Shown: positions 22,317-34,874, counted from the first letter of the stretch. The stretch: 64,000 bases of DNA from Emiliania huxleyi CCMP1516 (GCF_000372725.1 NW_005201318.1:102342-166341); one strand, 5' to 3'. Numbers and translations: made by a program. The notes: generated from the sequence alone by a model not told the origin.

Positions 22317-24395
22317 TCAGTCGCGGCTGCGCGAGCGGCGGCGACGGTCGCGCGAGCGCGAACGGCGGCGATAGTCGTCGTAGTCGGGCGAACGCCTGCG
22401 TCCGCGGTCGTCGTCACGGTCGCGGCCGCGGTCGCCGCGGTCCGAGCCAAAGCGGGCGCTGATGGCGGCGGCGGCGTTCTGCGCCGCGCCATATGCAGCG
22501 CCGCCGCCGCCGCCGTAGCCGCCGCCGCCGCCGTAGCCGCCGCCGCCGTAGCCGCCGCCACCGCCGCCGTAGCCGCCGCCGCCGTAGCCGCCGCCGCCCC
22601 CAAAGCCGCCCCCAAAGCCGCCGCCGCCGCCGCCCTGCCCGCCGTGCGAGTACTTGCAGCGCGCGCCGCGCTGGCAGTTGCCGCGCTTGAAGTCGCCGCA
22701 CTCGTCGGGCTTGTTGACAGCTTGCGGGATCGTCGCCGCCATCTGCGCCGCCTGGGCGGTCATCATGCCGCCGCTCGGGTGCGGCTGCAGCGCGGAGCGG
22801 TCGTCATACGGGCGGTACGTCCCGCTGCGCAGGCCTGCCATCTGCGCGATTGGCCCCGGGATCGCCTGGTCCGCCTTGACCATGATCTCGCACAGCGCGC
22901 GCGCGTACTTGCCGTCCTTTTGCCCGTCCATGAAGGTGTGCGCCTCCCCCTTGGCGCCGGCGCGGCCGGTGCGGCCGATGCGGTGGACATAGTCCTCAAT
23001 ATTGCCCGGGAAGTCGTAGTTGATGACGGCCTTGCACTCCTTGACGTCGATGCCGCGCGCGGCCACGTCGGTCGCGATCATCACTGGCCGGCGGCCGCTC
23101 TTGAAGTCGGCGAGGACAGCCTCGCGCTCGCGCTGGTCCTTGTCGCCGTGGATGACGCCGCTGCCGATCTGGCGGCCGAGCTGCATGCCCAGCTGGTCCG
23201 CCATCCGCTTGGTCGACGTGAAGACCAGCGTGCGCGTGCCCGCCTCGAGCGACTGGAAGATGCGCATGAGCATCTGCTGCTTCTCGCCCGGCCCGCGCGT
23301 CACGTGCACGTACTGCGTGATGTCCTTGTTTGCGTTGAGCGAGTTGATGTCGCCCACCTCGACCTGCACAGGCGACCGCATGAACTCGTAGGCCAGCGCG
23401 CGCACCTGCTTTGGCCACGTGGCCGTGTAGAAGAGCGTCTGCCGCTGCGGCGGCACTTGGCGCACAATCTTGCGGATCTGCGGCTCAAAGCCCATGTCGA
23501 GCATCCGGTCCGCCTCGTCAAACACAAGGTAGGCGACCTGGTGCAGCTGGATCTGGCCCGACTCGAGGAAGTCGTTGATCCGCCCCGGCGTGCCGATTAC
23601 CACGTGGCACCCCTGCCGCATCGCCATCAGCTGCTGCCCCTTGGGCGCGCCGCCGTAGCAGCAGACGGACCGGATCCCGAGCGGCAGCCCAAACTTTTGG
23701 CACTCGACCTCGATCTGCATGGCGAGCTCGCGCGTCGGCGCCAGCGTGAGCAGGGACGGTCCCTGCATCGGGTTGACGCGCTGCTGCTGGATGTACATGA
23801 AACCCGGCACGAGGAAGCCGAGCGTCTTGCCCGAGCCGGTCTTGGCGACGCCAATCAAGTCGCGCTTGGCCATCGCCGCGGGCCACGACTGGGACTGGAT
23901 GACGGAGGGCTTGGTGAAGCCGGCCTTGGCGATGGCGTCCATGATCGGCCGCGGCAGCTGCGCCTCCTCGAAGGAGAGGAACGGCGGCGGCGAGCCGCCG
24001 TACACCTTGAGGTCGTTCTCCTTCCAGAACTGCGCCACCTCGGTCGACGCCGGCTGGTCGACGCCTTGGTCCTGCACGTCCTTGTAGTTTGTGTTGGCGG
24101 GGCGCGAGAACTGGAGCCCGATGGCGTCGCGGTCGTAGCCGCCGCCGCCGCCGCCGTACCCGCCGCCGCCGTACCCGCCGCCGCCGCCGCCGTACCCGCC
24201 GCCGCCGCCACCGCCGCCATACCCTCCTCCGCCACCTCCTCCTCCGCCGCCGCTGCCGTTTTGGTATTGGGTGTACGAGCCCGAGTTCTGCGCCTTGGCG
24301 GGGTCAAAGTCGGCGGGCTTCTCGTACTGCGACGCGCCCGTCTCAGAGTGCCAATAGTAGGTGTGCCCTGCGCCGTCGAGCGCGGTGTTCCACAT
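22317..24395 (-). CDS. DEAD-box RNA helicase, DDX5/Dbp2 (plant RH14/40/46-like), with N-terminal WW domain, CCCH zinc finger and RS tail; uninterrupted ORF
   Basis: AKTGSGKT, PTRELA, TPGR, DEADRMLDMGFEPQI, YTATWP, ARGID, HRIGRTGR. WW: WNTALDGAGHTYYWHSETGASQYEKP. CCCH: CGDFKRGNCQRGARCKYSH. Confidence 0.95.
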   Translation of the reverse strand: MWNTALDGAGHTYYWHSETGASQYEKPADFDPAKAQNSGSYTQYQNGSGGGGGGGGGGYGGGGGGGGYGGGGGGYGGGGYGGGGGGYDRDAIGLQFSRPANTNYKDVQDQGVDQPASTEVAQFWKENDLKVYGGSPPPFLSFEEAQLPRPIMDAIAKAGFTKPSVIQSQSWPAAMAKRDLIGVAKTGSGKTLGFLVPGFMYIQQQRVNPMQGPSLLTLAPTRELAMQIEVECQKFGLPLGIRSVCCYGGAPKGQQLMAMRQGCHVVIGTPGRINDFLESGQIQLHQVAYLVFDEADRMLDMGFEPQIRKIVRQVPPQRQTLFYTATWPKQVRALAYEFMRSPVQVEVGDINSLNANKDITQYVHVTRGPGEKQQMLMRIFQSLEAGTRTLVFTSTKRMADQLGMQLGRQIGSGVIHGDKDQREREAVLADFKSGRRPVMIATDVAARGIDVKECKAVINYDFPGNIEDYVHRIGRTGRAGAKGEAHTFMDGQKDGKYARALCEIMVKADQAIPGPIAQMAGLRSGTYRPYDDRSALQPHPSGGMMTAQAAQMAATIPQAVNKPDECGDFKRGNCQRGARCKYSHGGQGGGGGGFGGGFGGGGGYGGGGYGGGGGGYGGGGYGGGGGYGGGGGAAYGAAQNAAAAISARFGSDRGDRGRDRDDDRGRRRSPDYDDYRRRSRSRDRRRRSRSRD

Positions 24396-25198
24396 GTTCA
24401 GTGGCGTCTGCGCGCGCCGGGGAGGAAAGCTTGAGTGGCGCGGCGGGGGCGCGCGCGCGGGGGGCGGCTGCGGGGGTGGGGGTGGGGTGGGGGGCGGAGC
24501 GCCGTTCGACCCACGGAGAGAGCACAGGCGGGGGGGTGCTGGCAGAGCGCGTGCCTGGCTCTGGATTCTGCGCGGCGAAAGAAACACGACCTCGCGCGAT
24601 CAAGCACGCGCAACCTCCCTGCTTGTGTCTGTGTGTCGCTCGTGCGTGTCGTCATCATCTGTCCAGCGTCCACCCATACCGCGTTGGTGTCCAGTCCGAG
24701 CCTGACTGTTCTTCGCCTTCCTACATACATACATCCCTGCTGGCGTTATCTGCCGTTCCTCCACCCCTCCTTATCCGTTTTCTTTTCCTGTAAAATTCTT
24801 TGCTAACGCGTCCCCAGGGATATTAGCCGCGGAGATCGATAGACTGGATGTAGAGATCGATGCATGCCAAGCTGGCTGCCAAGCATGCATGCCAGCTGGC
24901 TGCCCCCATCGCCATCCATGAGCGACTCCTTCTTTCTGCGCGTCCTAGAAAGAGAACGTGATTTCTTGTTGGTTAATAAATCTCTCTCTCTCTCTCGCGT
25001 CCTTTGGTCTGCAACTAAAAGAAGAAAGAGTATGGGATCGCGTGCAATTTGACTGCATTCAATCCATGCTCCCGAGCAGCGAGCTGAGGTCAATCACATG
25101 CAATCACATGCAATCAACGCAATCCAGTGGGATTGCGCTCGCGCCCACTCTCAATTGCGTCTCTCCCCCTTTTTCTTTCCACCCCACGCGAAGAAGAA

Positions 25199-25233
<35 letters not shown>

Positions 25234-25702
25234 ACGTCTTCGGTCCCCGCGGGAAGCCCCGCGCATAGGACAACAACGTCTGTCCCACACACACACACAG
25301 ACGCGCACATACATCATGCTCGGGCACACCCCACAGTGTAGTGGTGTGAGTACACAAGTACTAGCAGAGTGCACACCCCTGCCTTGGCGGGTGAGGGTCG
25401 TAAGAATCAAAGCCTCTTGGTGCCAAACGTGCTCGAGCGCGCCGAAGAGAGACGATCTACGCTCGAGGGAGTTAGCCAAGCCTGGATTTCTTCTCCTCGG
25501 CGGGCGAAAAGAGAAATCCATACTGATAAGGTTTCTTTTTTTCATCCCCTACCTTCACACTGCTGTGAACAGGTGCCGAACCCATACTGTGACCTCAGAA
25601 CATATGCATATGCGGGGTGTGTTCTCTCCAACTCAGCGCCAGCTTCCAGCGCCGCCGGCCCGCCTTCTCGCTTCTGTCACCGCCGGGGCGATTGTCTGAG
25701 AG

Positions 25703-27117
25703 TCAAGAGGATGCGGGCCACGCCTCAACCTTCTTGGGCAGCAGCTGGCTCATCAGGTCCTCTCCGTGGCCTAGGCAGCCGGTCTCACCCTTGCCCCAGG
25801 CAAAGATAGCCCCATCGGCGGTGAGGGCGAGGCTGTGGATGCCTCCAGCCGACACAGCGATGACGCGCTGCCCCGCAAAGGCCTCGACCTTCTTCGGCAG
25901 CGGCTGGTGCTGCTGGTCGCCGTGGCCCAGCTTGCCTGAGCCTCCAAAGCCCCCGTCCAGACCGCGCCGTCGGAGGTGAGGGCGAGGGTGTGGTTGGCGG
26001 CAGAGACAGCGACGACGCGCCGCCCAGCAAAGGCCTCGATCTTCTTGGGCAGCAGCTGGTGCTGCTCGTCGCCGTGGCCCAGCCGGCCTTGGCCTCCATA
26101 GCCCCAGCTCCAGACAGCGCCGTCGGCGGTGATGGCGAGGCTGTGGTTGCCTCCAGCCGATACGACGACGACGCGCCGCCCAGCAAAGGCCTCGTTCTTC
26201 TTGGGCAGCAGCTGGTTCTGCCTGTCGCCGTGGCCCAGCTTGCCGTAGTCTCCATCGCCCCAGCTCCAAACCGAGCCATCGGCGGTAAGGGCGAGGCTGT
26301 GGAACCTTCCAGCCGACACAGCGACGACGCGCTGGCCAGCAAAGGCCTCGATCTTCTTTGGCTGCAGCTGGGTCTGCTGGTCGCCGTGGCCCAGCCGGCC
26401 AAAGGTTCCATAGCCCCAGCTCCAGACGGCGCCGCCGGCGGTGAGGGCCAGACTGTGTGCAAATCCAGCCGACACGGCGACGACGCGCCGCCCTGCGAAG
26501 GTCTCGACCTTCTTAGGCAGCAGCTGGTTCTGAGTGTCCCCGTGGCCCAGCTTGCCAGCATGTCCTTCGCCCCAGCTCCAGACACAGCCGTCAGCGGCGA
26601 GGGCGAGGCTATGCTGCGTTGCAGCCGACACGCTCACGCCCCGCTCGCCCAACGGAAGGCGGGTCGGCGTGATGAGCCGCATCACGCCCTCACCGTTCCC
26701 GAGCAGTCCCGGCGTCCAGCTCTCAGCCTTTCCGCACGACAAGAGCCGCCCCTCGCCGTCGATGAAGAGGCTGTGCCGAGCGCCTGCCGCTGCCCTCGCC
26801 GGCGGGTTGGCCTCGCACAGCAGCGCAGAATAGCACAGCCATCGTACGGCACAGCCCTCGCCATCTGGCAGCGCCGGCAGCTCGAAGCCGCGCTCTTGCG
26901 CCCACAAGCGGATGCCCTCCACCGCTAGTGAGGCGTGGAAGAGCAGCGAGACGGCCGCGACGCGAGCGATGTCGAGGGGGCTGTGGCAGTGTGAGAGAGT
27001 GCGCGCGAGGAGCTCCGTGGGGAGGTCGAGGAGGCGGGTGGGCGGCGGCGTGTTCGGCGAGGGGGCGGCGGTGGAGGAGGCGAGGCGACGCGAGCGGCGG
27101 CGCGGCGGGGTGGACAT
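25703..27117 (-). CDS. F-box-like + RCC1-repeat protein; apparent frameshift near 25955
   Basis: LLDLPTELLARTL N-terminus. Repeated VSAG..HSLALTADG.VWSWG.G..G.LGHGD units. The last repeats continue in another frame to the stop at 25703. Confidence 0.88.
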
Positions 27118-27542
27118 CGCGAGAAAAAGAATTTTATTACGCGAGCCCCTCTCACAGCAGACTGGCTCGGACTGGCGAGAAAAAGAATTTTACGCCAATT
27201 CCTCGCACGACACAGGCCTGCGAGCGGGGCGGGGTGCGCACTGTCCCTCTGTGTTCGTGCGTCGCCCATCTCTCCTGGAGATGTCTGCTCTATTTATTTA
27301 TTAGGGCACGGGACTGGCGCGCACTGGCACTAACACAGAGCGCGCACTGGCACGAACACAGGTACACCACGATGTTAGTGCCAGAGCGCGCCAGCCGCGC
27401 GAGAGAAAGAATTGAAGGGTACACAACCAACCCCCCGGACGCAAGACGCACAAGCACAGACAGTCCACGAGAAGGGAGAGCAGCAACGACAGTCAGAAGT
27501 CAGCGCTGGGTACCAGGAAGGCTTCACACGACTGGATGTGCG

Positions 27543-27545
<3 letters not shown>

Positions 27546-27614
<69 letters not shown>
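27546..27614. repeat. (GA)n microsatellite
   Basis: Pure dinucleotide run. Confidence 0.97.
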
Positions 27615-27620
<6 letters not shown>

Positions 27621-27860
27621 TTTGCGGTTGATGACTGCACGCTGAGTGCTCCAAGCAGGGCTCTAGGCAAGTCACCGCGAGTTCTGTTTTCTTTTTTGCA
27701 CGACACTTGCCTTGTGAGCTTGTGTGTGTCGGTGTGTCGCTCGAGCGTGTCGTCGTCATCTGCCTCAAGCGGCGTGCCGGTGGAGGCACGTCCAGGTTTT
27801 GGAAGTAAACATCTATTACTTTTGTACAGGCCGCTTCACACTCGAAACAATAGTTGCAAA

Positions 27861-29700
27861 TCACGTGCCCGGACCCTCACAGTATATTACTCGGGTGCCG
27901 CCGCACACCTGCTCCTCGAACCGCCCCAGCAGCGGCGCCTCGACCTCCGGACTCAGCCGGCCTTGCACCTTCGGATCGAGCCGCGTGGCGAGGGCGAGGG
28001 CGGCGAGCGAGCGGCGGGCGGGGTCGGAGAGGCTGCTTGCCCCACCTGCTCTCTCGCCCAGAGGGTCGACGGCGACGCGGAGGCTGCGCCACGACGCCGC
28101 CGCCCACTCTAGCAACCGCTGCAACTCGCCACCGCCGCCATCACCGCCACCTCCATCACCGCCACCTCCATCACCGCCACCTCCATCACCGCCGCCGCCA
28201 TCACCGCCGCCGCCATCACCGCCGCCGCCGCCGCCGCTTTCGCGGCCAGATCCGCGCGCCGAACCGCCGCGCGCCTCCGACGCGGCGGCGACGCGGTGCA
28301 CGTAGCCGACGACGGCGCCGGCGATGTCGTCCAGAGCCAGGGACATCCCCGCCTAACCCGGACGTGTCCTGGACGTGTCGCGGACGGGTGGCTGCGCCTC
28401 GGCGTCAGCGGGCGGCATCCCCCGCCTCGCGCTGAGCGGGGGGGAGCGAGCGGCTACGCACGAAACGGAGGAGCGACTCGGTGGCCGGCAGTGTGTGCGA
28501 CACTTGCTTTCGCACTGAGACCTGTCCACACTCGGTGGCGGGCGGCGGCGCGTGCGGCACCAGCCGCGGCACGTCGCCCGAGAGGCCGAGGCGCAGCAGC
28601 GGCACCGCGCAGAGCGGCAGCAGCGAGGAGAGTGCCGCCTAGGGACGGCGGCTGTGCGCGATCAAGAGCAGAGGAGTGGAGGACGGCGGCGCAGCAGGAA
28701 GGGCGCCTCGAAAGAGTCGTCGCCGAGCAGGGCCACAAATGAGCGACCCGCCTGACGGGGACGTGTCCCGGACGTGTCCTGGACGTGTCCTGGACGTGTC
28801 TTGGGCGTGTCCTGGACGTGTCTTGGGCGTGTCCTGGACTGGCGGCGTCTCTTCTCGCCACAACGCGCCGACGCCTCGACCAGCTCCGGTTGCTCTTGCG
28901 GCGCAACCTCGGCTACAGCTCACGCTACAGCCCCTGCCCCCACGTCCCCACTACACCCTCCGCTCTCCCGTGCGGTGCCTCGAGCTCGTGCGACGCCGCG
29001 AGCGCCGCGCGAGCAGCCGCCAGGCAGCCTCCGCCTCCTCGCCGCCGAGGGCTTCCGAAGCCGCCGCCTCCTCCCCCGCTGCGCGGGCGTGCAGCAGCAG
29101 CAGCTCCGCCGCGGCTTCGGCCGAGGCGAAGGGCGCGCGGCCGTCTTCCCAGCGGGCGGCGGCCTGGCTGGCGATGGCGGCGGCGAGGGCGCGGCGGAAG
29201 GGCGGCGGCAGCCGCTTGGCGCACGCCTCCACGTAGCGCCGCTTGGCCTAGGAGGAAAAGGAATGTGTGGCCGTCGCAGCGCACTTGTGACGAAGGCGCC
29301 TCCGCGTGCCGCCTCTCGGCCTTGGGGGCGAGCGAGGTGGGCTGGCAATCTCGTGTGATCTCGTGTAATCTCGTGTGATCTCGTGTGATCTCGCCTTGGG
29401 CGCGAGCGATGTGGCGGCGATGCGCTGTAGCACAGAGCGCCCGCCAAGAGGGCGGGCGAGGACGAGGCGGAGGCCTACGCTCGAGTACTCTCGGGTACCC
29501 TCGGATGATCTCGGGTAATCTCGCGTGATCTCGAGGATGACGAGGCGGAGGCCTAGGATGCGGAATACACCTCGGTCGGGAACACGGCGTCCGTGTGTCC
29601 AAAGCATGTGGCGAATACAGCGAAGCGTGGCATGATTCGAAGGGTGGCAACATCGGAACATGTCGCAGTACAAGGTACGCAACTTCTCGCGCATCTAGGG
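27861..29700 (-). CDS. Possible multi-exon gene of unknown function (helical, Ala/Leu-rich exons), partly re-duplicated at 30240-30390
   Basis: Protein-like segments (ELQRLLEWAAASWRSLRVAVDPLGE, EACAKRLPPPFRRALAAAIASQ) separated by minisatellite-containing intron-like stretches. No recognisable domain. Confidence 0.35.
28759..28840. repeat. 11-bp GGACGTGTCCT minisatellite
   Basis: Tandem copies, with a shorter array near 28360-28385. Confidence 0.9.
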
Positions 29701-30446
29701 GGGGAGGCAGGCGGAGGCGGTCGGCGCCGGGTCGCTGCTCCTCGAGGCGAGCAGGCTGACCAGAGACTCGACCTAGTGCATAGACAGCCCGTCCGTCTTA
29801 GACACGTCCTAGCACGGACGACGGGGGCGCACGCACACTCGCGGAGCACACACGGGGCCGCAATCTCATGTGATCTCGTGTGATCTCGTGTGATCTCGCC
29901 TTGCAGATCACACACGGGGCATGGCACACGATCTCAGGAGAGGGGTGGTAAGCCACATACGCGCCTGGTGCATTGAACAGCCCACTACTTCTCTTCCACC
30001 GGTGGTGCGATGGGCTCTCCCCGTGTCAGCGCGCTGCCAGCCCACTATAGCACCAGGTGCAAAGGAAAGAGTGGGCTGGTGGCAAGCCACATACGCACCT
30101 GGTGCATTGAACAGTCCGCGAGTCAGTAGGAGGAGGGAACCGCGGGGCGAGCAGCGCGACCAGAGTGCTCGACCGGCAGAATGCGAAGCGAGCTCAGCAG
30201 CCGCCTGCTCCGGTGCGCGTCCAGCTTGCGCCGCGCCTGCAGCAACAGCGCGCGGGGTCGGAGAGGGTGCTTGCCCCACCTGCTCTCTCGCCCAGAGGGT
30301 CGACGGCAACGCACGGGCGGCATCCCGCGCCTCGCGCTGAGCGGGGGGGAGCGAGCGGCTGCGCACGCAGCGGAGGAGCGACTGTGGCATGCTCAAAGGG
30401 GTGGCAACATGATGCAATGCGCAACATCGCGACGCGCCTGCAGCAG

Positions 30447-30660
30447 GCCCCCTGCCGAGGCGCAAGCGATCCTTGAGGCTGGGCGCACCACTCTGTCTAG
30501 ACCACTGTTCGGGTCAGGATCCTGAGCGCCCCTCTTAGGATCCTCACAGCCCCGATGCGTTTCTGAGCGCCCGCGCGCCACAAGGGCCGCGGCGGCGCGC
30601 TGGGGCTGGGGCACAAAGAGGAAAATGAGGCGGGGGGAGGGGGAGGGGGCGGGGAGGGGA
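30447..30660. repeat. Dispersed repeat, second copy at about 32530-32745
   Basis: gccccctgccgaggcgcaagcgatcc...ggggcacaaagag is near-identical at both loci. Confidence 0.9.
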
Positions 30661-31025
30661 ACCGAACTTTCCGGTATGCGCCGCGAAAGAATTTTACAAC
30701 CCACTCCCCGCCTGGCTCTCTCTGCTGGTGAGAAGCCGGAGGAAGGTCGCTAGACTGAGATGAGACCGCCAGTGGAGTTGGGATTCCACCGTGCACCGCG
30801 CTGCGAGCCTTGTCGTGTCCCTTGTCAGGAGCAGGAGAGCCCACCTGTGCCCCTGATCGTCCTTCCAAAATCCTGCTCATGCAGGTGTGGACCCTGTCCT
30901 CCTCCCCTATCCCTCGTTTGGGTTGTCTGTTTTCTTTCTTTCTTTCTTTTTCTCTCCGTGGGTAAACAGAGATCGCTTGAATGCCGGCATTCAAGCGCGA
31001 CAGTGCTAGCCGCTTGGCCTGACGC

Positions 31026-31430
31026 CTGTACCCATGTTTCCGGAAACCAAAAAGGAAACGACAGGGTCCCCAGCACTTTTCGTTTCCGGAAATTTCCAGG
31101 GAAACCAGAGGGTGTTTGGTGCTCCATTCTGGCAACTCTCGAGTTTCCCTGAGTCCGAGAGCTGGTCTGCGGCAAAATCTGAGGCGAAACCGAGGAAACC
31201 GGCAAAATACCGGGTATTTTCCAGGTATACCTGGGGTTTTCCAGGTATACCCGCAAAATACCCGGTATTTTGCCGAGAGTTGGCTGATTTTGGGCCCAAA
31301 CCAGCCTCAGAGCCCGTGAATTGATGATTTCCGCGGAGTTTCCTCGGGAAACTAGAGAGGAAACGAGAGGGTGCTGTAGAGAAACACGGAAAGGAAACGA
31401 GACGGGGTGAGCGAGGAAACATGGGTACAG
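31026..31430. mobile_element. MITE with 16-bp terminal inverted repeat; related partial copies at about 32860-33140, 33450-33610 and 34530-34770
   Basis: ctgtacccatgtttcc (31026-31041) and ggaaacatgggtacag (31415-31430). The right end continues CC-TAA, as does the copy ending near 33608 (PIF/Harbinger-like, inference). Confidence 0.7.
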
Positions 31431-31559
31431 CCTAACGTAGCCGCCTCCGCGATGCTGAGCGGTGCATGAAGGGCGGCGAGCCGCTGACGCTGCGCGAGGC
31501 GTCCTTCATCAGCTCGCTGATGGGACACGCCGTCCGGTTCACCATGCACATCGACGGCA

Positions 31560-32126
31560 GCCGTCGAGCGCGGTGTTCCACATGTTCAGTGGTGTCTGCG
31601 CGCGCCGGGGGTGAAAGCTTGAGTGGCGCGGCGGGGGCGCGCGCGCGGGGGGCGGCTGCGGGGGTGGGGGTGGGGTGGGGGGCGGAGCGCCGTTCGACCC
31701 ACGGAGAGAGCACAGGCGGGGGGGGTGCTGGCAGAGCGCGTGCCTGGCTCTGGATTCTGCGCGGCGAAAGAAACACGACCTCGCGCGATCAAGCACGCGC
31801 AACCTCCCTGCTTCGACTCCCTGCTTGTGTCTGTGTGTCGCTCGTGCGTGTCGTCATCATCTGTCCAGCGTCCACCCATACCGCGTTGGTGTCCAGTCCG
31901 AGCCTGACTGTTCTTCGCCTTCCTACATACATACGTCCCTGCTGGCGTTATCTGCCGTTCCTCCACCCCTCCTTATCCGTTTTCTTTTCCTGTAAAATTC
32001 TTTGCTAACCCCAGGGATATTAGCCGCGGAGATCGATAGACTGGATGTAGAGATCGATGCATGCCAAGCTGGCTGCCAAGCATGCATGCCAGCTGGCTGC
32101 CCCCATGAGCGACTCCTTCTTTCTGC
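31560..32126 (-). pseudogene. Duplicated promoter and first codons of the DEAD-box helicase gene (source 24372-24939)
   Basis: Near-identical sequence with small indels. The reading frame breaks after MWNTALDG. Confidence 0.92.
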
Positions 32127-32209
32127 ATATGGATATGCGCATCAAAGTTAGGCTTCCTACAATCAAACATAATAAACAAGGCAATGCGTTTTCCGCCTCC
32201 AGAACGCTC

Positions 32210-32750
32210 CGCCCCCCGGGCAATTGCCCCGCCTCACCGTCCTCTCTGTGCCCCCTCCCCAGCCTGCGGGCGCTCAGAAAAGCATCGGGGCTGTGCGAGA
32301 AATTAGGCCACGCGAAGCGCAGCTAGCCAAACCCAGCCGGCCCGGTGCTGGGCGGTCCAGTTGGTCCAGCTGGTTGGGCCGGCGAAGCGGGCGGTCCCGG
32401 GAAATTCGAATCTGGCCCCGATTTGGGAGTCAGATCTTGCGCGCGACTGAAGTTTAGTGCATCGGATCTGCCAACCCCCTAGTTTGCGCACAGAATCTCT
32501 TGGGCGCCCCATCTGACTGCGATCTTGGGCGCCCCCTGCCGAGGCGCAAGCGATCCTTGAGGCTGGGCGCACCACTCTGTCTAGACCACTGTTCGGGTCA
32601 GGATCCTGAGCGCCCCTCTTAGGATCCTCACAGCCCCGATGCGTTTCTGAGCGCCCGCGCGCCACAAGGGCCGCGGCGGCGCGCTGGGGCTGGGGCACAA
32701 AGAGGGAAATGAGGCGGGGGGAGGGGGAGGGGGCGGGGAGGGGGGGCGGG
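32210..32750. mobile_element. Foldback/long-TIR element
   Basis: About 32225-32300 (ccccgcctca...gcgggcgctcagaaaagcatcggggctgtg) is the imperfect reverse complement of about 32625-32720. Confidence 0.55.
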
Positions 32751-33269
32751 GGCTCCCAACTCCGGCCCGCCGGGCTCCGACTCTCGGCACATCGCGGATC
32801 TTCACACCGGCATACGATCGATTCATAAGGTTTCCGGTTCGGCGGTAGTAATTATTCCGGCCTGAACACAAAGTTTCCGGCAACCCAGAGGGAAACCAGA
32901 GGGTTCCAGCGCTTTGCGTTTCCGGAATTCGAGGGAAACCAGAGTGTGTTTGGTGCTCCATTCTGGCAACTCTCGAGTTTCCCTGAGTCTGGTGAGAGCT
33001 GGTCTGGGGCAAAATCAGAGGCAAAATTGATGAAACCGGCAACATACCCGGAAGGAGTTTGCGGGTATATCCGGGGGTTTTCGCAGGTACGATACCCGCA
33101 AAATGCCCGGGCATGTTGCCAATTTTGCTGATTTTATTTTGCCCCAAACAGTGCCTGTGTTGTGTGTATGTGCGTGATGTACAGTGTCGTATCCACTAGC
33201 TCCGAGTAGAGGGAGCATCCTGCAGTTAAGGGGAAACCCGGTACGCGGGTCCAACAACGTCCCTCGGAG

Positions 33270-33445
33270 ACGTGTTTACTTTATGGCCCCTTCCCTGCGA
33301 ACGCGCACCCCCCCAGGGCTAGGGCTCTCTAGCCCGCAACCCGATCCCGATCATCCGGCCCGCTGGGACCTGGGTGCGCTTCTTAGCTCCCCGGCCCTGG
33401 GTGTGAGGCCACCGATTGCACTCCCAAGTGCTCCGAGTGCCTCGC
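33270..33445. repeat. Dispersed repeat family; direct copy about 33870-34020, inverted copies about 55015-55200 and (partial) 58340-58400
   Basis: Shared ttatggccc...gcgcacccccc.agggctagggct...ctgggtgcgcttcttagctccccgg core. Confidence 0.8.
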
Positions 33446-34874
33446 TCCACAAACCAGCCTCAGACTCGGCTCAGAGCCCGGAAAATTGATGAGTTGCAGG
33501 GGAGTTCCCCGGGAAACTAGAGAGGAAACGAGAGGGTGGTGTGTAGCGTGTAGGGAAACAAGGAAAAGAAACGACAGAGGTGCGCGAGGAAACATGTGTT
33601 CAGCCTAACCGTGGCGGGCGGCCCGGACCAGTGGAACCGAACTTTACCGGTATGAGACCGGTATTTGTTTGGTGAAATTTGGAGTGGTATGGTATAGTGG
33701 TATGCGAAAGTGGTATGCGGGTTTTTTGATTAGTGTAGCGGCTGTGCGTGTGGTCCCGGGGGCGAAACCATGCAAAAGTGCGGGTATTACCGGGTATACC
33801 CGGGCTTTTCCAGGTAATGCCCGCTAACTAAATACCCGGTATTTTGCAGGTTTTGTTTGCCGATTTTTCCACGTGTTTACTTTATGGCCCCTTCCCTGCG
33901 AACGCGCACCCCCCAGGGCTAGGGCTTACCCGCAACCCGATGCCGATCATCTGGCCCGCTGGGTGCGCTTCTTAGCTCCCCGGCCCTGGATGTGAGGCTA
34001 CCGATTGCACTCCAAGTCATGGCGCGCAGCTTGTCCAATCGCGAGCTTGACCAGTTGCACTCTTGAGGGCTTGGTGCAAACTCGAGGCCACGCGCGGTGG
34101 CCTACGCGGCCGGCAGGAAGGAGCCGGCCGAGACGAGACGGACAGAAAGAAGGCAACGACGGGCGGGAGGCTCCGCATGACCGTCGAGCTGCTACTGATC
34201 TGATCGGATCTGCTGCCCTGAGATCGACCCCCCCCCCCCCCCGAAACGGTCCTCACCTGAAGGAGCTGAGCCTCGCAGATGATATAAGAAGCCTATGGCA
34301 CCGCGGTTTCTTTTTCGTAATACTGCTGCTCCCCCTCGAGAAAGAAACCCCACACACTGGCTCGACTGTTGGATCGCGCTTTTTAGTTAGCGCGGCCCGG
34401 GATACCGAACAGCGAACTGCGAACTTTGCGTCGCGCTACAAATTTGTGACTTTATTGGACTTTCAGCCTCCTCGATTTCACAACTTCGTGTCATCACGTG
34501 ACACGTCGCTTTTCGACCGGTCGGTACGCGGTACCCGGTATTTTGCCGATTTTGCTGATCTTGCACTTGGACCACACACTGCTCCTTGGCCCCAAACCAG
34601 CCTCAGAGCTCAGACTCGACAACACAAGACTCACTCGGCTCAGAGCCCGATCCGAACGAACGAAAAATCGATCGATGATTTCCACGCACCACCCCACGGA
34701 GTTTTCTTGAAACTAGCAGAGAGATTTTTTTCCCAACAAGAAATCACATTGGATACAGCCCAAGCAAGCTGTAACACAAGTCAGATCTCTCTCTCCAGGT
34801 AGAAGTTTTTTGTCTAAAATCTAGAGCAGGAAAAGAAGTTTACAACAAGGCCGCACCAACCTAACACAGGCGCA

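Noticed and set aside
22236..24434. 732-aa plus-strand ORF opposite the helicase (likewise 53270-54790 opposite CDO)
   Set aside because: Antisense shadow ORFs caused by very high GC3 codon usage.
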